Source of the DNA: Bacteroidia bacterium
GTDB taxonomy: Bacteria; Bacteroidota; Bacteroidia; Bacteroidales; VadinHA17
Reading direction: 5' to 3'
DNA: 16,852 nucleotides
Assembly: GCA_026391215.1 (NCBI GenBank)
Contig: JAPLDX010000016.1
Location: 1-16,852 of the forward strand
Under the pieces are notes generated by a model. That model searched no databases, was not told where the DNA came from, and saw nothing but the letters and a program-made list of their open reading frames with translations. Every line of letters begins with the position of its first letter. Position 1 is the stretch's first letter. Position numbers and translations under genes: made by a program. Shown piece by piece: positions 8,285-14,824 of the stretch.

Positions 8285-11200
8285 ATGATGAAACAATTAA
8301 AACGCACATTTACGATGTTGCTGTTTCTTGCCGTTTCTGCAGGGATATACGGACAGGTAACAACCTCATCAATGAGTGGAAAAGTGACTGACAACAATGG
8401 AGAACCTCTTCCGGCGGCAACTATTGTTGCAACTCATGTTCCCTCAGGTACCAGGTATGGAGCTCTGGCAAATAATCAGGGCCAATATTCCATTCAGGGT
8501 ATGCGTCCTGGTGGTCCTTATTCAGTCAATGTAAGTTTCATTGGCTACAAAACCCAGAGTTACACTGAGATTACCCTGTTGCTTGGAGAAAATACAACCC
8601 TGAACTCGACCATGGCATCAACCACGACCGAAATGACCGAGGTTACCGTGGTTGGTTACGCGACATCAAAATTCAATACCACGCAAACCGGTGCAGTGAC
8701 GAATATCTCAAATACCCAGTTAGCTAATATGCCTACAGTAAGCCGCAGTATTATAGATGTTACCCGCCTTTCACCTTACGGAGGGAATGGTATGAGCTTT
8801 GTAGGCGCAGATGGTCGTACGGCTAACTTTACAGTGGATGGAGCGAATTTCAACAACAACTTCGGTTTGAGTTCTGCTCTGCCCGGTGGAGGCAACCCAA
8901 TTTCTATTGAATCTATCGAAGAATTACAGGTTGTAATCGCTCCATATGATGTTCGTCAGACTAACTTTATAGGTGGTGGTGTAAACGCTATTACAAAATC
9001 CGGGACAAATACCTTTAAAGGCAGCGCCTATACTTATCACAGAAATGAAAACATGCATGGTGATGCTGTTAATGGTATGCAAATCGCAGGTGCGCGTGCT
9101 GTTGACCGCAATACATCTTATGGTTTTACTTTTGGCGGACCTATTGTTAAAAACAAATTGTTCTTATTTGTAAACGGTGAAATGGCTAAAACACCAACCG
9201 TTGTCAATCGTTGGAGAGCTTCAACGGATGGTGTCGCCGATGCCGACAATTATATTTCCCGCACAACAGAAAGCGATCTTCAAACAGTTTCTGATTTTGT
9301 TAAAAGCAGGTATGGATATAATACGGGATCGTTTACAAATTTCCCTGCTGATGAAAACAACTACAAACTTCTTGCGCGTTTGGATTGGAATATAACAGAC
9401 AAACATCATCTGGCCCTGCGTTATAACTACACAAAAAACCTTTACTGGAGCTCTCCAAATGCTTCATCTATGGACGGAGGTACCCGTATGTCTGAGGCAA
9501 GGATGTCACAAGCCTCAATGTCTTATGCAAACTCGATGTATTCTATGAACAATCTTGTTCATTCATTCTCTTTTGACTTAAACAGCCGATTGTCAGATAA
9601 CTTATCTAACCAGTTACTGGCAACATTCTCAAAACTTGACGATGTCCGCGGATCTACTTCCGATGAATTCCCTTTCATCGATATTTTGAAAGACGGACAA
9701 GCCTATCTCTCTTTGGGGTATGAGCTTTTCACCTGGAACAATGCTGTTCACAACAACGTTTTGAATATCAAAGACGAACTAACACGCTATTTAGGCAATC
9801 ATAAAATTGTAGCTGGAATAGCTTACGAATACAAGATGGCAGATAATGCTTATATGCGTAACGGTACAGGATACTATCGCTACTCAAGTCTTGACGACTT
9901 CTTAAACGAAGCAACACCTGAAATTGTAAACTTAACATATGGTTATGATGGAGAGAGCAATCCTGCAGCTCGCATAAGAACAAACAAAATTGGAGTTTAC
10001 GGGCAAGATGATTGGAGGGTTAATACAAATTTCAAACTTTCTTATGGACTTCGTATAGATGGGCTTTTCTTCGATAATAATGATCTGATGACAAACCAAG
10101 CTATTTATGACCTTGATTATTCCGGTCGTAATATCGATACAGGAGAATGGCCTACAGCAAATCTCATATTCTCTCCACGCATAGGTTTTGTGTGGGACGC
10201 ATTTGGCGACAAGAGCCTGAAAGTACGCGGAGGTACCGGTCTTTTCTCGGGTAATTTACCGCTTGTATTCTTCACCAATATGCCTACCAACGGTGGAATG
10301 GTACAGTATCAGGCACAGATAAATGCGGCGAACGCAGCAAAAAAAGGTTTCACAATGGATGAATTTGCCGGCGGTCTTGTAACTGATGCTGACGGAAATG
10401 CTACTACTGCTGCACTTTATGATAAGTTAATATCATTGGGATATCCTTCAACGATTTCTCCCGAAGACGGGACTGTTCCTTCTGCTGTTAATGGTGTAGA
10501 TCCAAATTTCAAAATGCCGCAAGTATGGAAAACGTCACTTGCTGTTGATTATGCATTCAAAACATCTTTCCCATTCTCTGTAACGGTAGAAGGAATTTAC
10601 AACAAAACAATCAACGGTGTTTCTATTTCTGACTGGAGTATTCCAAATGTTGGTGGTTTCTCCCGTTTCAACGGTGTTGACAATCGTCCGATTTATCCTG
10701 CCGGTTATCGTACCAACACAAAAGCCTTTGTGCTGGAAAGCACAAGCCTCGGTTATGGCTGGTCAGGTAACATTACTATCAATGCTCAACCGGCAAAATG
10801 GCTCAATTTGATGGCTGCCTATGCACACACGGTTGCCAAAGATGTGACCGGGATGCCCGGATCGGCTGCAGAATCTGCATTTACATACGTGCCCACGGTG
10901 GAAGGTCCCAACTTCATCAGATTGCACAATTCCCAATACAACACACCCGATCGTCTGGTGACTTCGCTTACTGCCAACGACAACAGCGGTAATCACTATA
11001 GCCTTATCTATGAAGCATGGCTTGGTGGAGCAAACTACTCATACATGATGGTTAACGATATCAACAGTGACGGTTACAACTACGATGCAATCTATGTTCC
11101 CACCGACGCTGATGTGGAAAGCAATCAATTCCGGTTTGTTTCGGCAGACGACCAAACCCGCTTTATGGACTATGTTCATGCCAACAGTTATTTGAAAAAT

Positions 11201-11560
11201 CACCAGGGGGAATATGCAGAGCCCTATAGCGTTTACTCTCCCTGGGTTCATCGCATTGACTTTGGCTACAAACACGATTTTGTTTTTAATGCGGGCAAAG
11301 ACAAACATACGCTGCAACTTAGCCTCGATCTCAAAAATGTGCTGAACCTGTTTAACTCTGAATGGGGTGTCGCCAAATATCTGAATCCGGCAATCGGTTC
11401 GGAAGCTCGTATCCTCAAATATGAAGGTGTGGATGCTGAAGGAGTGGCTACATTCTCCACACCCTCTTCAATCAACGGTGATACCAAAACATTCACACCA
11501 AGCTACTCATTGGGTCAGTGCTGGTATGCTTTAATAGGCATCAAATATATTTTCAACTAA
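8285..11560 (+). CDS. Oar-like TonB-dependent outer-membrane receptor with N-terminal carboxypeptidase-regulatory-like domain
   Basis: Signal peptide; SGKVTD..GEPLP..GGPYSVNVSFIGY domain; plug motifs NFTVDGANFNNNFGL and GGGVNAITKSGTN; barrel motifs YGQDDW and SPRIGF; C-terminal IGIKYIFN. Start may be 8288. Confidence 0.93.
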   Translation: MMKQLKRTFTMLLFLAVSAGIYGQVTTSSMSGKVTDNNGEPLPAATIVATHVPSGTRYGALANNQGQYSIQGMRPGGPYSVNVSFIGYKTQSYTEITLLLGENTTLNSTMASTTTEMTEVTVVGYATSKFNTTQTGAVTNISNTQLANMPTVSRSIIDVTRLSPYGGNGMSFVGADGRTANFTVDGANFNNNFGLSSALPGGGNPISIESIEELQVVIAPYDVRQTNFIGGGVNAITKSGTNTFKGSAYTYHRNENMHGDAVNGMQIAGARAVDRNTSYGFTFGGPIVKNKLFLFVNGEMAKTPTVVNRWRASTDGVADADNYISRTTESDLQTVSDFVKSRYGYNTGSFTNFPADENNYKLLARLDWNITDKHHLALRYNYTKNLYWSSPNASSMDGGTRMSEARMSQASMSYANSMYSMNNLVHSFSFDLNSRLSDNLSNQLLATFSKLDDVRGSTSDEFPFIDILKDGQAYLSLGYELFTWNNAVHNNVLNIKDELTRYLGNHKIVAGIAYEYKMADNAYMRNGTGYYRYSSLDDFLNEATPEIVNLTYGYDGESNPAARIRTNKIGVYGQDDWRVNTNFKLSYGLRIDGLFFDNNDLMTNQAIYDLDYSGRNIDTGEWPTANLIFSPRIGFVWDAFGDKSLKVRGGTGLFSGNLPLVFFTNMPTNGGMVQYQAQINAANAAKKGFTMDEFAGGLVTDADGNATTAALYDKLISLGYPSTISPEDGTVPSAVNGVDPNFKMPQVWKTSLAVDYAFKTSFPFSVTVEGIYNKTINGVSISDWSIPNVGGFSRFNGVDNRPIYPAGYRTNTKAFVLESTSLGYGWSGNITINAQPAKWLNLMAAYAHTVAKDVTGMPGSAAESAFTYVPTVEGPNFIRLHNSQYNTPDRLVTSLTANDNSGNHYSLIYEAWLGGANYSYMMVNDINSDGYNYDAIYVPTDADVESNQFRFVSADDQTRFMDYVHANSYLKNHQGEYAEPYSVYSPWVHRIDFGYKHDFVFNAGKDKHTLQLSLDLKNVLNLFNSEWGVAKYLNPAIGSEARILKYEGVDAEGVATFSTPSSINGDTKTFTPSYSLGQCWYALIGIKYIFN

Positions 11561-11575
11561 TAAAAAGTACAGACT

Positions 11576-13075
11576 ATGAAATTGAAATATTTTTTCCCAT
11601 TATTCATTGCGGCAGTTGCCTTAATGGTGAGCTGTGACGATGAAGTCTCTATGACGCTGCTTGATGAAATTCAGGTATCGTCGTCTTACGTGTCTATCCC
11701 GGTAGAGGGTGGTTCTACATCCATTACCGTAACAGCTAATGATAGCTGGACAGTAGAGACCAGTATACAATGGCTGACTATCTCTTCAACCTCTGGCACT
11801 GCCGGTGAATCAGAGCTTACGTTTTCAGCTTCATCTACCTTGAATGGTCGCACCGGAGAGGTAAAAATTCAATGTGGAGGCAAAACTCAGAGAATAAACG
11901 TCATCCAGGGCCTGGCAAAAATTGAATCTGCCACCTGTGCAGAGGTAATTGCCGGGCCAAACGACAAGACCTATCAGGTAACCGGGGTTTGTACCTTAAT
12001 AGACAATACAACTTACGGTAACTGGTATTTAAAGGATGCAACAGGTTCCATATATATTTATGGTACTCTTGATGCGAAGGGTGCTACGAAAAACTTTTTA
12101 AGTTTAGGACTTGAAGTGGGGGATGGAGTAACTGTTCAGGGACCAAAAACTACCTACGGAACAACGGTGGAATTGGTAAATGTAACAGTTATCAAAATTT
12201 CTAAATCACTTGTGAAAGTTGATTCGGTAGCAAACGCAACGCTTCCTCTAGAAGGTGGTGAATTTATTACATACCTTACCTGCAAAGGACAAGGCGTATC
12301 GGTGGAAATTCCTGAAGATGCCGTATCCTGGTTGTCAATTTCCTCCATCCAATCGGCAGGAACCAGTTCTGTTGTGAAATTCAAAGCCACTGCCAATGCA
12401 GGCGGAGACCGCAAAACCACAATCACATTCCATACCACTGACGGGACTAAAGACTATTCTGCACAAACAACTCTTACCCAAAAAGGAGCGATTATAAATG
12501 CATCTGTTGCCGAGTTTATTGCGGCTGCAGTCAGCACTACACAATATTATCGTTTGAAAGGTGTTATTACCAGTATTACCGATGCCACAACCGGCAAATT
12601 GAACATCAGAGATTTCTCAGGTGAAGTATATGTTTATAAAATTGTTGATTTTGCCACAAAAGGTCTGAAAGTTGGTGACATTATTACGATTGTCGGAACA
12701 CGTGGCGCATATAGTGGAACTCCACAGGTGAATGGTGCAGTTCTGGAAAGCTTTATTCCTGTAACTGCGGCCACTATTGCAGAGGTGCTGACTAAACCTG
12801 ACGACGCTAATACATACTTTATGGTAACCGGTGTAATTACATCGATTACCAGTACTACATATGGTAATCTTTATTTGAAAGACGGCGCCAGTGAAATCTA
12901 CGTGTATGGCTGTTATCCGGGTTATGGTGCAACAGGCGACTATAGAAAATACCTGATAACTAACAAAGGCATTAAAGTAGGAGACCAACTGACGGTTATT
13001 GCACCGAAGGGATCTTATGGCGGAACACCGCAGCTTTCGAATAGTATTTATTTCAGCCACGTAAGTTCTAAGTAA
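11576..13075 (+). CDS. Surface lipoprotein with two BACON-like domains and three OB-fold-like repeats (putative nucleic-acid binding)
   Basis: Lipobox LMVS-C followed by DDE. BACON signatures SWTV..WLTIS..R.GEV..Q and SWLSIS..DRKTTITF..LTQ. Three repeats of the form vtGvitsI....G.l.l.D..g.iYvY...Gl.VGD..Tv.g....Y.g. Confidence 0.85.
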   Translation: MKLKYFFPLFIAAVALMVSCDDEVSMTLLDEIQVSSSYVSIPVEGGSTSITVTANDSWTVETSIQWLTISSTSGTAGESELTFSASSTLNGRTGEVKIQCGGKTQRINVIQGLAKIESATCAEVIAGPNDKTYQVTGVCTLIDNTTYGNWYLKDATGSIYIYGTLDAKGATKNFLSLGLEVGDGVTVQGPKTTYGTTVELVNVTVIKISKSLVKVDSVANATLPLEGGEFITYLTCKGQGVSVEIPEDAVSWLSISSIQSAGTSSVVKFKATANAGGDRKTTITFHTTDGTKDYSAQTTLTQKGAIINASVAEFIAAAVSTTQYYRLKGVITSITDATTGKLNIRDFSGEVYVYKIVDFATKGLKVGDIITIVGTRGAYSGTPQVNGAVLESFIPVTAATIAEVLTKPDDANTYFMVTGVITSITSTTYGNLYLKDGASEIYVYGCYPGYGATGDYRKYLITNKGIKVGDQLTVIAPKGSYGGTPQLSNSIYFSHVSSK

Positions 13076-13141
13076 GTAATAAGAAACTTTATACCATTGG
13101 TAACAAGGCACGCAGTATAAGTTGCGTGAGAGATAGTAAAA

Positions 13142-13175
13142 GGGGCTGCCTCAAAGAGAGGCAGCTTTCTTTTTT
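13142..13175 (+). terminator. Intrinsic terminator of the TBDR-lipoprotein operon
   Basis: GCTGCCTC-AAAGA-GAGGCAGC followed by TTTCTTTTTT. Confidence 0.9.
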
Positions 13176-13186
13176 ATCAGCGTGCC

Positions 13187-13323
13187 GGCCGTGATGCAAG
13201 CAACGTTCCCAGTTTCTCGATGGTTCAGGTTGACGGCGCTTATCCGACAGAAACCTATTCCACATATCTGAACATAAGCAGGTCTGGAGATTACAGGTTG
13301 TTCTTCGCTATATCTTCAATTAA
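13187..13323 (+). pseudogene. Orphaned, frameshifted 3' end of a second Oar-like TonB-dependent receptor
   Basis: Reads GRDASNVPSFSMVQVDGAYPTETYSTYLN, then a 1-nt frameshift near 13274-13278, then QVWRLQVVLRYIFN-TAA. It is collinear with the intact receptor end GVDAEGVATFS...TKTF...QCWYALIGIKYIFN. Confidence 0.85.
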
Positions 13324-13351
13324 ATTGTAGAATTTTAATTTAGTATAAGGG

Positions 13352-13384
13352 GCCGTTTCATAACATAATTGAGACGGCTTTTTT
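13352..13384 (+). terminator. Second intrinsic terminator, belonging to the TBDR remnant
   Basis: GCCGTTTCA-TAACATAAT-TGAGACGGC (one G-U pair) followed by TTTTTT, 28 nt after the remnant stop. Confidence 0.8.
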
Positions 13385-13502
13385 ATTTGAGTTTTTTCAT
13401 GTCTGCCAGTTATACCCGGGCTTTAACTGGCAATCGAGCATGTGGCCCTCTTTTATTCTAATATGAAGGATAAGAATAAAAGAAAGTAAGAATAACGATG
13501 CA

Positions 13503-14402
13503 CTATTTGAGTATTATCTCAACAGGTCGATGATCAGATACGGTATACCTGTATCCGGGATAGCATTTGTCGGGCATCAACACCATCGTCGTATCAACAT
13601 TTGAAAAGAGTTCATCAGTGATAAGAATATGATCAATATGACTCGGATATGAAGGATATGACCAGTATCCCGGGCTGCCAAGGGCTATTCCCATATCGGT
13701 GAATAAATAATCAGAAGCTGAAGATGCCAGATTGTAAAAAACATTTGTCTCATAAGTTTTTCCGCTTATATCATCGTTATAATCGCCTAATACAATTACG
13801 GGATCATCCATTCTTTGAGAGGTTAAATAACTTTGGAGCTTTTCAGAAGCATCTCTTCTTCTATCTTCATTGACAGTCCCTCCGCAGCATTTAAGATGTA
13901 TATTAATAAGATACAGACTTATTTTGAGAGATTTATGGGTAATGAAAATCTCAAAAGGAGGGCGGGGAAAAGCATATGAGTCATCCGAAAAAAGTAACCT
14001 GGTTTTTGAATCATCGTTTTCTATTTCAGATGACTTGATGATGTATGCAAGATTCCACGGTGATTCGTCAATTGTATAAAAAATACTTTCCCAGCCATCA
14101 AGAGAATCAACAAGAGCTGAAAAATCATTTTCGGAGGCTATTTCCTGAAAAGCAATTATATCAGGATCTGCTTTATTGATGAGTTCCTGAACAATTGAAA
14201 CAGTCTCTTCTCCTTTCTTCGGGTATCCTTCCAGATTTAACGTGACAATCTCAAATGAAGTCTTACTCCCGGGAGTGATGCAATCATCAAAAACAGAAAC
14301 CTCTTCTTTTTTTTCCGGTAAAGGGATTTTTTTACAAGATTGCTGTATGGCCAGTAATAATGGCAATGAAACTATTAATATTTTGAATGGATTAAACCTC
14401 AT
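13503..14402 (-). CDS. Endonuclease/exonuclease/phosphatase (DNase I-like) lipoprotein
   Basis: EEP motifs TLNL, FQEI, HLK, GDYND, HIDHI and SDHRPV. Start moved from 14444 to 14402 because MRFNPFKILIVSLPLLLAIQQS-C is a clean lipoprotein signal. Confidence 0.92.
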   Translation of the reverse strand: MRFNPFKILIVSLPLLLAIQQSCKKIPLPEKKEEVSVFDDCITPGSKTSFEIVTLNLEGYPKKGEETVSIVQELINKADPDIIAFQEIASENDFSALVDSLDGWESIFYTIDESPWNLAYIIKSSEIENDDSKTRLLFSDDSYAFPRPPFEIFITHKSLKISLYLINIHLKCCGGTVNEDRRRDASEKLQSYLTSQRMDDPVIVLGDYNDDISGKTYETNVFYNLASSASDYLFTDMGIALGSPGYWSYPSYPSHIDHILITDELFSNVDTTMVLMPDKCYPGYRYTVSDHRPVEIILK

Positions 14403-14719
14403 AGCCTGATGATAATATGCAAAAATGCAAAAATTACCCGGCATATCAAAAAGCCATATTATGCATCTTTTTAGAATACATCATTAATTAATATAGTTCA
14501 GTGTTTAATATCTTGTTCTTTTATTTAATGTAAGGTACCGGCCTAAAATACATAATTACTTATTTTATAAAATGGCATCAAATCCCTGATATGACAATAA
14601 TACCTGTTTATTAATTAGCACATTATACTGCCGCGTTTGGGTAACACTATGAAAATCAAGGTATAATAAAATAGTTAATAACTATGGGATATACTGTTAA
14701 TAAACTTAAAAATTTTGTC

Positions 14720-14750
14720 TTGCATTGAGATCAACGCTTGTCTAATTTAG
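14720..14750 (+). promoter_or_regulatory. Probable nrdJ promoter
   Basis: TTG (14720-14722), 20 nt, then TAATTTAG (14743-14750), one mismatch to TAnnTTTG. Confidence 0.55.
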
Positions 14751-14824
14751 CAACTACCCACCAAAAATATCAGTGGTCGTTTAATCCTATTATAATCAAG
14801 GACTAACAGTATTATTAAGCATAT

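Noticed and set aside
13176-13260. Group IIC intron 5' remnant (GCGTGCC right after a terminator) or structured ncRNA
   Set aside because: Only about 7 nt resemble an intron 5' end, and no domain V or RT gene is present. The downstream sequence is better explained as TBDR coding remnant.
13194-13271. 25-aa small ORF MQATFPVSRWFRLTALIRQKPIPHI
   Set aside because: It is an alternative frame over the TBDR remnant, with no promoter seen after the upstream terminator.
14403-14444. Longer start of the EEP gene at 14444
   Set aside because: The extra 14 residues precede and disrupt an otherwise typical lipoprotein signal beginning at 14402.
14445-14824. Cobalamin riboswitch or NrdR boxes upstream of nrdJ
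   Set aside because: The region is very AT-rich with no B12-box motifs. CCAAAAATATCAGTGG near 14761 fits the NrdR consensus poorly and has no tandem partner.
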